Part shown: positions 36,390-50,057 of the stretch, in pieces
How positions within the stretch are numbered: position 1 is the stretch's first letter
Layout: each line of letters begins with the position of its first letter
NCBI GenBank assembly: GCA_021432655.1
Contig: MU271360.1
Coordinates: forward strand, 1-64,000
Reading direction: 5' to 3'
Origin: Atractiella rhizophila
Lineage: Eukaryota
DNA: 64,000 nt
Notes under the pieces: model-generated
The model's database searches: none
What the model was told of the DNA's origin: nothing
Seen by the model: the letters and a program-made list of their open reading frames with translations, nothing else
Position numbers and translations under genes: made by a program

Positions 36390-38081
36390 GAATGATCTGT
36401 AAACGGAGCATTAGACTGGCTTTCTCAGAAGACACTGAAGGATGGGTGCGGCCGAGCCTGTCTACAAAGCAAATAGTGCGAGTGGAATAAATCTCTCACT
36501 GTATTCCGAGGTAGGTGTTCACATGTACCAGGAGGAGAAGCCGCCGCAAGCAATCTGAAGACAGTACGGAGGCGACGGAGAAACGAAACAATACGCTGCA
36601 GCGTCCAAGCCTGCAACGAGTGTTAAAGCACTATGAGAGACTCAGAAAGCTACCTGAAGAATTCTTCTTTGGGTAGTTGGTAGTAATACGTGGAAGCAAG
36701 CTACGAAGGATGTCATCAATCCCATTTCATTTCAGCAATGAGCACTTATGCGAGCACGCAAATTAAGGCAGACCTTCTATTCTCTGCTCAAACTGCAATG
36801 AGTCAAGATCGAGATCGGCCTTTGATGACAATCCAACGACCCTCTTTACTGCAGTCCAGCCTTATGTGAAGTTACTCAACCATCTCGTCATATTCTCACC
36901 GGCGTTACCCTAACGTGCCTCTCACATCGGGTCGTACATTGCACTTCTTGTTCGACAGCGCAATGTAGCTACTGGGTTAACGGGGTTTAAGACCTCGACT
37001 TCTGAGAGACAATGGTAATAGCTACTTAGTTAACACAGGAGCCATACCCGAGATCACAATCCCACTCGGAGGGACAGTACCCTGAAATCTAGGAAGGGTC
37101 GCATTATCGCTCTCTGCAGAAACAATTGACAATTGAATACACAAACAATGAAGCACCGCGCTGTGGGACTGGCGTCAAACGTTCACTCTATCCATTTGAC
37201 ATCACAAAACAAGGTGTTTTGATCAGGTTGAAAGAATTGTACCTCTGATCAGAGAAGTCTTCCACACCCAAGTCAGTACTTGGAGTGGAATCGAGCTCTC
37301 GCCGTTGGCAGTAACGATTGCACTTTGCTGCCATACCAAGGGAGGCCATTTGGAATGAAGGGTGAGGAATGGTTGGGAAGGCAACCAGTGAACTGTCTTT
37401 ACGACGCACGGCGTAAGGGTACCCAAGGCTGCCGAAGGACAGAGCACACTCGCGATTCGATTTACGAGATTTACAATCCTTCAAGTTCTCCTCCATTCCA
37501 TGAGAATAGCAATAACAATGAGTGTTTCGAGTGATAACGGGGCAGGGTAGATGAAGATGTGAAACGAAAACAGAACAAACCATTGACGTAATCTGGACGG
37601 AAGGACAGTAGGCTGAGTTTGAGCACATAATTTCGCTTTACTTGGACATGTAAGTGATCCAGCCCAATGAATTCGGAATCGAAAGATGCTCTCCTCGAAA
37701 GATAACGCAAGGGAAAATGAACAGTTGGAACAGCCGCTCCATCCCTTTCTAAGCAGAGACAGAAACGCACCTTCGACGCTCGCTATCAAATACCTAAAAG
37801 CCTGATAGCCCGTACCTTCTTAAGGTAATTTTGCTAATACTCTGGCCAACTTCTTGTCGTAGTCGTTTATTTGGTGTGAGGTCGTTAGGTATTCAGCGGA
37901 CGGCACGTACGCTCACGTGTTTGCCTATCGCGTTTGTTCCCAAGCTAAAGAAAAGGGTGAAGGGAACAAGAGCAAAACACCCTCCTCCCCCTTTAAATGC
38001 TCGCTCTTTCCAACTTAACCACCATCTTCCTCCGCACTTCTCGCCTTTCTTGGTCTCTGAGTTCTTGGTCACTTGATAATC

Positions 38082-41000
38082 ATGCCCTCAACGTCACAAC
38101 GCAAGCGTCAAGTGAAGGAAAGCGCCATGGAGAAGGCTACCTCGCCCTCCCCCACCACGACTGACGACACTTTTGTTACTTGTTTAGAGATCGAGTCTGC
38201 AACCCAGGCCGCTATTCCTGCCCCAGTTCTAGCCAGGGGAACAGTAGCCGAAGATGGCGAGGGTGGTGCGAGGAAGAAGGGGAAGAAGAAGAAGGGCAGT
38301 GGGAAGGGTTCGTATTCCATGTTTTCTTTCTGATGATATTTGTCTCGCTCTATTTCGGCTGCTTGCCTGGTGCTGTATCATCGTGATCATCGTTCGCGCT
38401 GAATAAGTTACTTTCTCTCATTCATGCCGCTTGCTATTGTTGCCTCGCTTTCTTTCATCGTTCCATTGTGCAATCGCTTCAATATGGAAGAGCTTGTTGT
38501 CTCCTTCTCTGTCAACAGTATTGATTTCAATCTTACATGACTTCGTTTTATTGCCTGCAGACTGAAGAATATTTGAGAGATGAGAGGATGACCCTTTCTA
38601 AGGTCATTTCATTTCTTTCACGAGAAAGGACATATGATTCGTTAGGCACACCATAGGCCTACGAATCATTCCGCGATGACAAATAGTCGAATGATGTTAC
38701 CCGGTGGTAGATTGTCTTTCTTGTAACTGTGAAAGGAAAAGGAGGCCGTACCTGACGGCAGACTATGTCCTCCATATCCGACATGAGTGAAATCTCTCTT
38801 TTTCGACTACAGCTGGCTCCTTCCTCTACAGAACCAAGATACACGCCCTAATCTCCAAACAGCGTCTACCTAATGAGACCATGTTCATTGATTATGGTCT
38901 CCTTTCCATCATTTGTTTCTCCCACCCAAGAGACATTTACTTGGTCCTGTGGTTGAAGCGTGCGTTGACATTACTTCATTTCCTGATTGCCACTTTCACG
39001 TTCCACATACACCGCACAATAGCTTCGATAACTGACTTGTACTGATAGCCGAAGAGACTGCGACCACGCTTATGCAAAAATCTGTACTTGCGTCTCCTGT
39101 GCCTAAGGATTCCTCCGACATACCTCCAACTTCAATTCAGCCATCTCGTCCATCTAATGCGTCGAAGAATCGTTCCAAGTCCGCGGCCTCCAAACGATCA
39201 GGGGTGTCACCTGCCATGCCGTCGACGATGTCCGCAACACTGTCGCCATCTCCCACGCTTCAAGTGCCGAAGGAAGCCTCCACGTCCACTAAAGACTCTG
39301 ATGCTGGAAACATGTCCTCGGCTGCTCAACAACAGTCTGTCCCTGTCCCGTCCGACACGTCTGCCGCGTCTGAGACGGCACCTAAACCTGTCGCGAAATC
39401 CAAAGGACGAAAGAAAGCTGCCAAGTCTTTACCTCCCGTCCAGACGGAGGACTCTCCTGTCACCGCTCCCGGACAAGCCAAAGGGAACTCGAAGGGCAAA
39501 AGTCGAAAGTCTGTCGGAAAAAAGGAGAAGGCAGCGGAGACTCCATTGCTTGATAGGGAGGAAGGAACGAAACTTTCGGCACTGAACAAGAATTCCGTGA
39601 TGACAGCGAAAGATGGGCAGATCAAGGGGTCGACAGCGAAAATGAAAGGGAAGGCTGCGACGAAAACTCCCGAATCAGTTGGCATGAATAAGGGATCAAG
39701 CGCGTGCACAATTGTTCCCACCCCTGACGCAGCTGGTCCACTAACAGTCGAAGCCATGACGGTGACTACAACGCCGCACAAGCCAAGAATTTCACCGGCT
39801 GATTCTCCTCTCGAAGGGGTTACATCAAACCGGAAGGGGAAGAAATCTGCTAAAACGAAAAAGGGCAAGGGAGGATCAAACGTAATCCCACCACAGGACG
39901 CCTCCTCGACACACTTGTCGCGCAATCCCGTGGTATCCCTCGCTGGAATGGATGAAGGTGCGAAGGTCTCAACTCCATCCTCCGTGGCACCAAGCCAGTT
40001 AGATGTTTCACCAACCCAAGCAGTTAGCTATCCTAAGTGGGACCATCCTCAGCTGAAACGCGTCCAAAGTCAGCCTCAGCTAGTCCCGGGTCGATCCAGT
40101 CCACTTTCCTGCCTTCGTCATCTTCAGCACCTTCGTTGTCGTCCTTTTGCTCCCATCATTCAGCACTGTCTCTCCGTCCAACCTCCTCGCAAACCCCATC
40201 TCCTCTTCTCTCGTCACGCACCATCTAGCAGGCATGCTGACCTCTGGTTCTTGTGGTTCGTTGACCTCCTCTTTACAAACCTCAGGAAAGATCGCGCGAG
40301 CCAAGTCTCATTTCTCCTTCCGACCTCCTGGAAAAGGGGACGTTTGTAGCCCAGAACTCGAGATCTCTCAGAGTGTGAGCGCCAGCTTGAACCGCAGCCG
40401 AGGTGCATCTGGTGGTGTAGCAATGAAGAGGACGTGGAGTCTAGCCGTACTCACTCCTGCTGCGCCGAAGGACGACATTTTGAATGAAGTTTTGCGGACC
40501 TTCCTCTTTCATCCGGGGAAAGCGTCTCTTCCGAACTTCAGTCACAAACGGAATATTCCCTTGATGGTTACACGGAGGACGAGGATCCTACTCTCACCCG
40601 TCCTGTTGGGTTGGGGATGTTTAATCTGGGCGAGATGGCGTCGGTTTCTAAGTCGAGTCTCGAGAGCGAATCTAGTCGATCGTCTGTGCCTTCAACAATC
40701 ACCTCCAGCTCTTCGTTGTCCTGGGCAAGCGTAGTTGGGACTCAGAATCATGTCAAAGCACCATCCGGTGTCGCCTCGTTCCACTACCTGCGAAGAGGGC
40801 AGAGTGAATCGCGTTACTATCGTTCGAAATTAGATGACGGTCCAAAGGCATGGGAGACTTCGAGCGATCGCCGTCCTTGGAAAATTTGGCAAGGCTATGA
40901 CTGGTCTTTAGACGACCGGGGAGAGACTCGCAACGCCAAGACTCGCGATCAGCCAGGAATGCATAGGGGGATTGATTGGAGCGGGTATCAGAGCTGGAAC

Positions 41001-41435
41001 GTAACTGGTGCAGAGAGTTCAGTACATTGGCAATCAGAGTACTGCAGCCCCGAAGGCAATGCTTTTCAAATGCAACCCACCCAACAAGGTACTCAAATCT
41101 CTCTCTTTAACATCCAACCAAATGTTGACCTTGTTCCGGCAGTCTTCACGACCTCATTCGACCGCCCACACTTCACACCAACTGCACATTTCTCTCATCC
41201 CTCGCATATGAAACGAATTAGTTCACTTCCAACGTCATTGCTCTCTCCTGTCGCTCAAATCTTTCAGCCATCCCGTCCTCCTTCCCCTTCAGCAACCAAA
41301 AACTCTGAGACCGGAACGGCTTCGAGTCCTTCCAATGCTTCGGATGCGTCGTCAGATTTTTTCTCGACAGAATGGAGGAGGTATTCGCCTCCAGTGGTTC
41401 TCGCCTTCACGCCAATGTTCACCAGGTTCCAATGA
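38082..41435 (+). CDS. Low-complexity Ser/Pro/Lys-rich hypothetical protein; structure uncertain, apparent frameshifts near 40.1-40.5 kb
   Basis: Exon MPSTSQRKRQ...KKKGSGK followed by a GT donor; long ORFs 39072-40349, 40147-40734 and 40611-41435 of similar composition in successive frames. Confidence 0.45.
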
Positions 41436-41966
41436 GTAACGAGCTCAACGCAGTTAAATGTTGCATCCTTATTTATCATCGAGTCTTGGACTGACCATCA
41501 AATTATCAAGTTAACTTTGTTCTCTCACTAGATCTCTTGTTTTGTATATCTGTTTGATTCGTTGTCTCACTTGCAATGCTCCTACGTAGCAACACCCATC
41601 TTGTTTACTTAGACAAATAGCTCACGCCATAAAAGCATGTTCTTGAATCCATCCATCTATTGTCTGCCTCACATCAATAGGAAGGGTTCAGCTCAGGAAC
41701 TCTACATTAACCGGTCTGGCCCATTGCTCAAGGTGGGAGGCACAGGTACGTTGAGTACGACAGTTAAATTCTTCGTTGCACGATGAACGGGAAGATGAAC
41801 AAGAGAAAGCGCAAAAACTAACTGATACAATTCACTCCTGCAACCCAAAATGATGACCGACATCGCCGTACACTAGGATGAACCACTACGGACGTCGCTG
41901 ACTCTCAACCTTCCTCTTACACCGATGTCAGGTTCGGGTCGTAGATTGAGCGGAGAGCCGGAAGCT

Positions 41967-42640
41967 TTATGGGCGGTCAGTGTTCAAGTTTAGAGCGACA
42001 AAGGAGTACGAACCTCGGCTGGATTGGGAGGAATTTCGTCTCCTCTTCGCGGATCGAGCACAACTCGACTCACTCTTGATGCTCTCGGCTTCTTGCTCCG
42101 TTTGATCTTCCGAGACATCTTCATCGTCGACGGGAGGAGGTGAAGCAGCGCTCCGCTCTAGGACTTTCATCCTCAGCTTGGCCAACACCTCTTCCCGCGG
42201 ACCTTTCCTTCCTTCGTCTTCCTCGCTGGAAGTTGATCGTTTGCGTTTGTTGGACATGGGAGGCGGAGAGCAGAGGGCGGGTGGAGAGGGAGGAGGAGGG
42301 ATGAAGTAGGCTTGATGCTGAGCTGCGTGCAGCATGAGGGCGGAAGCTCGAATGTTTTCCATTCGCAAAGTCTCCAGATGAAGGTTGGTCAAAGCAGTGA
42401 GTCGCTGCGAATCAAGAACCGCCATCAGCATAAAGTCGTGGATTTGCTGAAAGAAAAGGTAAGAGAACTACGAACCTCATCCTCATGCTTTTTAGCGTCA
42501 AGAATAGCTTTCAACAACTCCACGTTCCCATGGCCTTCTTTGTCGTAAGCGGTTAAAATGGAGGAAATCGAGGGACTGAGCCTGAGGATGTCAGGATGAA
42601 GGTGGGGGATGGAAACAGAATCTTTGGTGGCAGAACTCAT
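41967..42640 (-). CDS. Small hypothetical protein, 2 exons (helical N-terminus, Pro tract, NLS-like KRKR)
   Basis: MSSATKDSV...ELLKAILDAKKHEDE / RLTALTNLHLETLRMENIRAS...PPPPSPP...NKRKRS; GT-AG intron ~42405-42475. Confidence 0.7.
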
Positions 42641-42862
42641 GACTTTGGTTGGATTTTAGTTGCTGGGAAGGCACGAGAGAGGCAGCGAACAGCTTCTTTT
42701 AACCCTTGCGAGCGCCCAGAGAACTGAAGAAAGAGCCAAGTCTTGGCATTTGCATCCAAAAAAAGTGCCTCGACACCTCCCCTTCGAGTCAGCCCGTTCC
42801 TGGTCCCCGTCAAGCTGAAAATGTATGGACAACAACATAGGAGCGATAAATGGGCTAAAGAA

Positions 42863-44302
42863 ACAGAATCCGAGAGAATCTCTGCTGCTGAAGATGGGAA
42901 GAGGCAGCTTCGGAAGGAGGGAGTTGGAATAACGCGCATTAGGGTTAGGGACGTTCACCAAATTTAAGCACTCCTAAATGGAGAAATCCTTCCCTCTTTT
43001 GGCTATATCAAGGGTCCATCAGGAAGCTTAAGCGCTTACAAATATATCTCGATGCTTTCAAGTTGCACGTTGCCTTCTCCGGTAGAGAGCTAAGGAGAGT
43101 CAGCGTCACCAGGCCACATTTTAGTCTACATTTTACGGGGACGAAGAGTATGATCACCGAAACTCCATCAGAAAGGTTCAGCTTCGTGCTCTTCAAGCAA
43201 CCTGTGGGTCTGTCAGAGGTGAAGGAGATATTTTTGGGTGTAGTCTAGGCATCACGTGACTGAAAAGGACGTGGACGAGACGTAAACAATGGTATAGCAA
43301 TGGTAAGATGGCCTATGTGACTTCGTCTCGTTATTATACTCTGACCAGCTAGAGTATCTGGAACCTGTACCATCTGTAGATGAGGGATTTTGAAAGACTG
43401 TCTGCGGCGAGTTGTAGTTATTAGACTCAACAGTTCTCTAACGGAAAATATTATCCTAACTACAGCAAAGGAAACCTCAGACAGACGGCGAGGTTGAGCT
43501 AGCGACTTGGGGTGAGATTAGTCCAACAAACGGAGGATGGCTAGCTCCCACGGTCATTGCAAACATCTCACCGTCCACACCGACAGAATCCGAGAGAATC
43601 TCTGCTGCTGAAGATGGGAAGAGGCAGCTTCGGAAGGAGGGAGTTGGAATAACGCGCATTAGGGTTAGGGACGTTCACCAAATTTAAGCACTCCTAAATG
43701 GAGAAATCCTTCCCTCTTTTGGCTATATCAAGGGTCAATCAGGAAGCTTAAGCGCTTACAAATATATCTCGATGCTTTCAAGTTGCACGTTGCCTGTTCC
43801 GGTAGAGAGCTAAGGAGAGTCAGTGTCACCAGGCCACATTTTAGTCTACATTTTACGGGGACGAAGAGTATGATCACCGAAACTCCATCAGAAAGGTTCA
43901 GCTTCGTGCTCTTCAAGCAACCTGTGGGTCTGTCAGAGGTGAAGGAGATATTTTTGGGTGTAGTCTAGGCATCACGTGACTGAAAAGGACGTGGACGAGA
44001 CGTAAACAATGGTATAGCAATGGTAAGATGGCCTATGTGACTTCGTCTCGTTATTATACCCTGACTAGCTAGAGTATCTGGAACCTGTACCATCTGTAGA
44101 TGAGGGATTTTGAAAGACAGTCTGCGGCGAGTTGTAGTTATTAGACTCAACAGTTCTCTAACGGAAAATATTATCCTAACTACAGCAAAGGAAACCTCAG
44201 ACAGACGGCGAGGTTGAGCTAGCGACTTGGGGTGAGATTAGTCCAACAAACGGAGGATGGCTAGCTCCCACGGTCATTGCAAACATCTCACCGTCCACAC
44301 CG
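42863..44302. repeat. 720-bp head-to-tail tandem duplication (42863-43582 and 43583-44302), ~99% identical
   Basis: Exact 720-nt period; 7 substitutions counted by eye. Confidence 0.97.
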
Positions 44303-44540
44303 CTGTCTAACAACGCTGATAGCGACGCATCCAGAACTTCTTTACTGCCGATTCAGGCTTTCGATACTATTATGGATCCAATTGGCAAAGCTTCCGTTAC
44401 ATGATGCTTATCAGGATGCTTATCGTTTGCAGAAGTTTAAGAAAGTACACTACCCGTGCTTCGCCGCTGATTTTTCTCTAGTTTGCTTCCCGACTCGACG
44501 AATTCACAAACCTGTCTATCTTTTTCGCTGACGCTGCAAA

Positions 44541-46008
44541 ATGTCAGGAAAAGGCAAAAAGGTGCGTAATGGCTCAATTCTCAGCTATGTATCAACTAGT
44601 AAACAGCCAGACTCTCCCACAGCCTCCCTTCTTGCTGGTGAGCTTCGATCAGTGACGTCCAGCTAGCAACAACGGCTAATCCTCGTCTGACCCCTCCCAG
44701 GCGCCTTTGCTGGTGTGGTCGAGGGATTCGTAACCTACCCCGCAGAATTTGTAAAGACACAATCACAATTTGCAACCTCGCAAGGCCAAAAGGTGAATAT
44801 CCCGCTGTTCCTTGACATTACGCAGCGTTGATACATGAATCCAGCCTCCATCTCCTTTTCGTATTGCGAGTGAAACAGTACGCACACGAGGGTTCTTTGG
44901 ACTTTACTCAGGTTCATCTCTTTTTATGAGAGGGGGAACAGAACAGTGGTCTGATTTAGTAAATGACAAGGTGTTGGCGCACTCGTATCTGGAAACGCTT
45001 TGAAAGCTGGTGTCAGGTTCTTCCTTTATGATAAGTTCAAGTCCCTTCTAGCAGATGCTGACGTACGTATCTCTTCCTCGTGTTCTTCGTATTTTAGTGT
45101 CTCTGCTTTGCTGAAAGGACAGTAGGGACGGGTATCTGGCGCTCGTTCAGTGGTGGCAGGAATGGGGGCTGGGATGTGTGAAGCTATCATTGCGGTTACA
45201 CCAAGCGAAACTATCAAGTACCTATTTCGTTCTCATCCCCTCTCGAAACCAGCTGATAATGGACTCCAAGGACAAAGTTGATCGACGATGCGAAGAGCCC
45301 AAACCCAAGACTGAAAGGATTAATGCATGGCACACGGACAATTGTCGCAGAGGAAGGTTTGAGGGGCATCTACCGTGGTGTAGGACCTGTGGTACGCCGC
45401 TACAACCACCTTTCAGTCAAGGTGCACTGACTTGCAGATGAGATTAGATGGCGCGTCAAGCAGCCAATTCAGCTGTACGTTCTTTCTTAACAGGCCGAGA
45501 CCCTCGTCGTTCATGAACTTCCAGGTTCGATTCTCGACATACAGTAGTCTCAAGGTTCTCTCGCGTCCTCCCATATTCCTTCTTCTAACAGTTGATTACT
45601 AGTCAATGGTCCAAGGTAACATGCGACCTGGGCAAACTATGCCTTCCAGTGTGCTATTTGGCATTGGGGTACTCTCAGGGACGATAACCGTCTACGCCAC
45701 CATGCCGCTGGATGTGGTGAAGACGCGGATGCAGACGCTGGACGCGAAAAAGAACTATAAAAACTCGTTTCATTGTGCTTGGCGGATATTGACTGAAGAG
45801 GGAGTGCTGAAATTTTGGAAAGGGGCCACTCCAAGATTGGCGAGGGTTGCGGTTCGTTACATCTCCCTTACCTGATTGATGAGATGGAGTCGAGTATTCT
45901 CACGCTGATGTGCTGTTGGATGTTGGGCAACAGATGAGCGGCGGCATAGTGTTCATGGTCTACGATAAAACCGTCGTGTTGTTAGGAGGTAGAGACATCG
46001 GCAATTAA
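44541..46008 (+). CDS. Mitochondrial carrier, citrate/tricarboxylate transporter (CTP1/SLC25A1-like), many short exons
   Basis: Three carrier signatures: TYPAEFVKTQ, VTPSETIK/TKLIDD and TMPLDVVKTRMQ. Also RQAANSAV/RF and FWKGATPRLAR. Confidence 0.92.
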
Positions 46009-46260
46009 CAGAATTTATAGAATCGTCGAAGGTGTCCAAGTCGTCTGTCCCACAGCGCCCCTCAGTCCAAGTCTCGGTCCTCGCGTGGCGTTCCGCTTTT
46101 TCGAAAATCCAGATGTCTGCAGCCACAATGGAACATCATGACACGTTAGTTCAACCCTCAAATTTCAAAGGCGATGACTAGAGTGTGACTACCCACCGAG
46201 AGTGACCCTTTATAACTTCGCCGTTGTCCTACCATCTCCCCATCCACCCAATAGTTGATC

Positions 46261-48191
46261 ATGACTTTGAAAGATCGAATGAGCCAGGCATTTTATCGCC
46301 ACAAAGGTCCGGAAGCTATGGTAGCGCCGACTACTGACGAGTTGCAGAATGCGGAGGTAGCCCTGGATGAAGAACAGGATTTGGAACCTCCGGCGACGGT
46401 ACACCCTGATCTTTCAGAGATTCACAGATTTGATCTTTCATTTGGTGTTAGGTTGTGATTGTGGGTTGTGGGCAGCGCGGATGGGTGAGTTTTCCATTGT
46501 GTTCTCGCTTGCACAAAGTGAGCTAAAGTTGATCCATCAACAGGGTTTCGCAAAATATGTGCTTGACCATCCGAAAGAAGCGACTCTGGCAGTTTTGTTC
46601 CTCTTCATCCTTGACATTGATTAATGATGGGCATGCAGGTGGCGGTTGCTGACCCAATCCCCGAACGACTCGCCCGCATCGCAGCAACTTGTTCCCTGGA
46701 ATCTTCCGCTCAGTTCAGCAGTTGGGCAGACCTCCTACAATCCTCTCCTACTAGAGTTGCAGATGCTGTGGTGGTTGCGGTTCAAGATCACTTGCATCGA
46801 GAGGTCGTGATTGCTTTTGCTGCACGTGGTTGTGCGACTCTTTCATTTTGCTTAAACTTTCGGCTGACAACAAAGGGAGATCAGATCATATTCTCTGCGA
46901 GAAACCTTTGGCCACATCTGCGGAGGAATGTGTGGAGATGGGGGAAAGGGTAAAAGAGGCGGGAATCATCTTTGGCGTCGGTTAGTCCATTCTATTCAAT
47001 ACTTCGAATCGTGATAAATGAGGAGTTAAATACAGGACACGGTCGTCCCTGCTCTTCCTTCGGGCGAGTAGTGAAATCTGATATGATTGTGCATAGTGCT
47101 CAGATATAGCCCCTACACTCGCGCTCTTGTCGCTGAGCTACGCTCAAGGTCATTAGGGGACCTGTTGAATGTCATTCACATGGAGCCTATCGGGTGAGCT
47201 TTCCCACCGAGCTACCCGTTCGCCGATTCATACCATTCCTTTCCACGGGACGCAGACATTTTCATTTTGCACATTCCTATGTACGCGGTAACTGGTCCAA
47301 CTCCTCCACCTCTTCTTTCGGCCTCCTAACGAAATCATGCCACGATCTGGACATCATCCTTCATTTCGTCAATTCCTCATCTCTTTCCCCTCCGGCCAAT
47401 CCCAAGGACATATCCGTCCATTCATTTGGCCACCTTTCCCACTTCAAACCGTCCAACCGGCCTCCAAATGCTGCTCTTCGCTGCCTCGATTGTCCGTTGG
47501 AGGTAGAGAGGAATTGCGCTTATAGCGCAAAGAAGATCTACCTCGAGAGGTTCAAAGAGGGACATAAACGATGGCCCGTATCCGCGATCACCCCCGGAAT
47601 CCCAGACTTGGAAAGTGTAATGGATGCTCTCCAGAGTTCGCGATATGGGGAATGCGTGTATTTGGGCAAGAACGACATTGTTGATCACCAGGTTCGTTAA
47701 CTTCGTCCTAACTGTCTCGCAAAATGAGCAGAGTTGAATCGAAAGACTCATCAGAAATTTGAAAATAGGTTGTCAATCTTCAGTTTCCAGAGGGTCAAAC
47801 GGTTTCATTCACCATGGTCGCATTCACTTCCCTCATCTCTGACCGACAAACTCGTTTGCACTTTGCACATGGAGAGATAATAGGGGACATGTCTAGCTTT
47901 ACAGTTCGAGACTTTCGAACCGGTAGCTTTCGCAGAGTCCAACCTAAGAGTGAAGGCGGGGGACATGGTGGAGGAGACGACGGCATTATGCGCGCTTTCT
48001 TGCGGGCGGTCAGGAGAAGGGATCAAGGGGAGCTTGGATGCAATGTTGATGAGATGGTTATGTCCCATCTTCTGGTTTTTGCGGCTGAGGAAAGCAGACT
48101 CAAGAGGACAATTGTCAATTTGAATGAGTTTGAGGCGAGAGTGCAGGAGAAGGTGGAAGAAATGTTCCACGCTCAAACGCTTTTGATTTGA
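46261..48191 (+). CDS. Gfo/Idh/MocA family NAD(P)-dependent oxidoreductase
   Basis: VVIVGCGQRG Rossmann motif, VAVADP, ILCEKPLA, HSYVRGNW, LLTKSCHDLD, YGECVY...DIVDHQV, GGHGGGD. Confidence 0.92.
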
Positions 48192-48724
48192 ACGAACTAA
48201 AAGTCCTGTACGTCTACTCCTTGTCCACTCCTCTTTGTTCTTATCCTATTCATTCCATCTGCTCTTCTAGCTCACGCTCCTTCCTTCCTTGAGCCCAGCT
48301 TCATGCATCCTGTTGATTGAGCCTTGGCTTCGAAAGGTGGAAGTTCAAGGTATCCAGTAATTTGGGATCGGGACGTCTGTGCATACCCTTTCTGCCCTTG
48401 CAAGTTAATTTGTTCTTCAGCATTTCAGCATTTCACATCACTCTTGATCACATCTCCGACGAAGAGGAGACGAGCATTTGGAAGGTTGCTGGATCAGAAA
48501 AGGTGTCAAGCCAGAACGGTGCACTTGGCGAAAGCACGCAGATCTCGGATTCATCTGATCAAGTCTCGTCCGAGTCCATGGCTGAGTGTTTGCCATCGGC
48601 CGGACGGGCGAGTTTGAAGATTGAGCTCTCTCCTCTGTCTGCTGAAGCTCAAGCGAAACGACCACGTCCAGCTCGACTTCGCAATCCTCCAATCTCATAA
48701 TCTATAAAAGGACGATTGACCAAC

Positions 48725-50057
48725 ATGCTTGCCCATCCCCAGTCCAAATTTTACGAACCAGATAACCAAATGGCGAACCAGAATTACTTGTTGGGTCACG
48801 GAGCTTCTGAAGAAGTGAGACTCAAGTGGCAACACGATGCTCTCAAGATCATACTGGGATCGAATTATGTGAAACCTCTGGCTGCCGCTAGTGGCCCAAA
48901 AAAAATCCTGGACTTGGGATATGGTAGTGGACATTGGTGTGTTGAGGCAAGTGCTCCCATCACCCTTGGACTCAACTGATCAAACTAGATGGCAAGAGAG
49001 TTTCCCGACGCTGAAGTGATTGGTATCGACATCAATGAAGCTGACCTATCGTTCGTCTCCTCTGCTGCTTCGTTCCAGAACCAACCAGTGTGACAGGTCC
49101 ATGGAGCCTCTTCCTCCGAACGTTAGCTTTAGAAACGGTTCGTGTTCATCTCTCTAGGAATTTGAGCGCTAAGAATTGACCGTTATTACGGACAGAAAAC
49201 ATCTGTAGTTTGTTTCTCCTACTCGAGTCCACCATTCCTAAGCCTCTATTTTGGCAGTAGATGGGCTCTCTTACCCAGATTCCTACTTTGATTTCGTCCA
49301 ATTACGTATCATTCCATCGGTTCGTCTATTTTCCTTTGCTATCATTCTGATCTCACGAAGCTTCCGTATCAGATACCCAACCGCCCTGCTGTCATCAAGG
49401 AAGTAGCCCGCATTTTGAAGCCTGGGGGTGAATTTACGCTGGTAGAGTTTGCGTATCACGAGTACGTTTGTGTTTCCTTCTCTGATACACTCACTTCCCC
49501 TTTTCCTTTCTGTGCGCCGATATGCCGTACTGACAAACCCGGATGGATAACAGATCCACTTCGACATTTCCTCCGGGGCTAGAAAAGTGGAATGAGATTG
49601 CGGTGATGGCTTCTGAGAAACGCGGTGTCGTTCGTTGTCCCTTCCCTTCCTGCTATTGCCCGCTGACAGGTTTCGATTCTCAGAGCCGCAACTGGGGCCC
49701 TCAGCTGAAGCCCATGTTGGCAGATTCGGATCTGTTCACGTCCATCGAAGAAGTTGTTGTTCGAGTGCCAATCGGGACGTTTTCAAGTGCGTCAATCCTT
49801 CTTAGAGCGCACGATCAGAGTCCTTCTAACGTTAGACGACGCGACCTGTAGACAAACCAGGTCATCAAGAAGCGGGAGAACTCATGGCCAAAAATTTTCT
49901 GGGTCTTCTGCCCGTCAACGCTCTGGGATGGCACATACTCCCTTACTACCCTCAGCCAAAGTACGATCAGTTAGTGAGACAGATCCACGATGAGATTACG
50001 AGCAACAAATACGAGCTTTACTGGCCCTATCACTTTGTTAGGGGTATCCGTATCTAA
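48725..50057 (+). CDS. Class I SAM-dependent methyltransferase (LaeA/TAM-like fungal family), many exons
   Basis: YLL...EEVRLKWQH, KILDLGYGSGHWCVE/MAREFPDAEVIGIDI, LPPNVSF, YFDFVQLR, ARILKPGG. Confidence 0.9.

Noticed and set aside
36900..37040. Possible ncRNA hairpins upstream of the GH36 gene
   Set aside because: Only short imperfect stems at a density compatible with chance; no tRNA or snRNA boxes.
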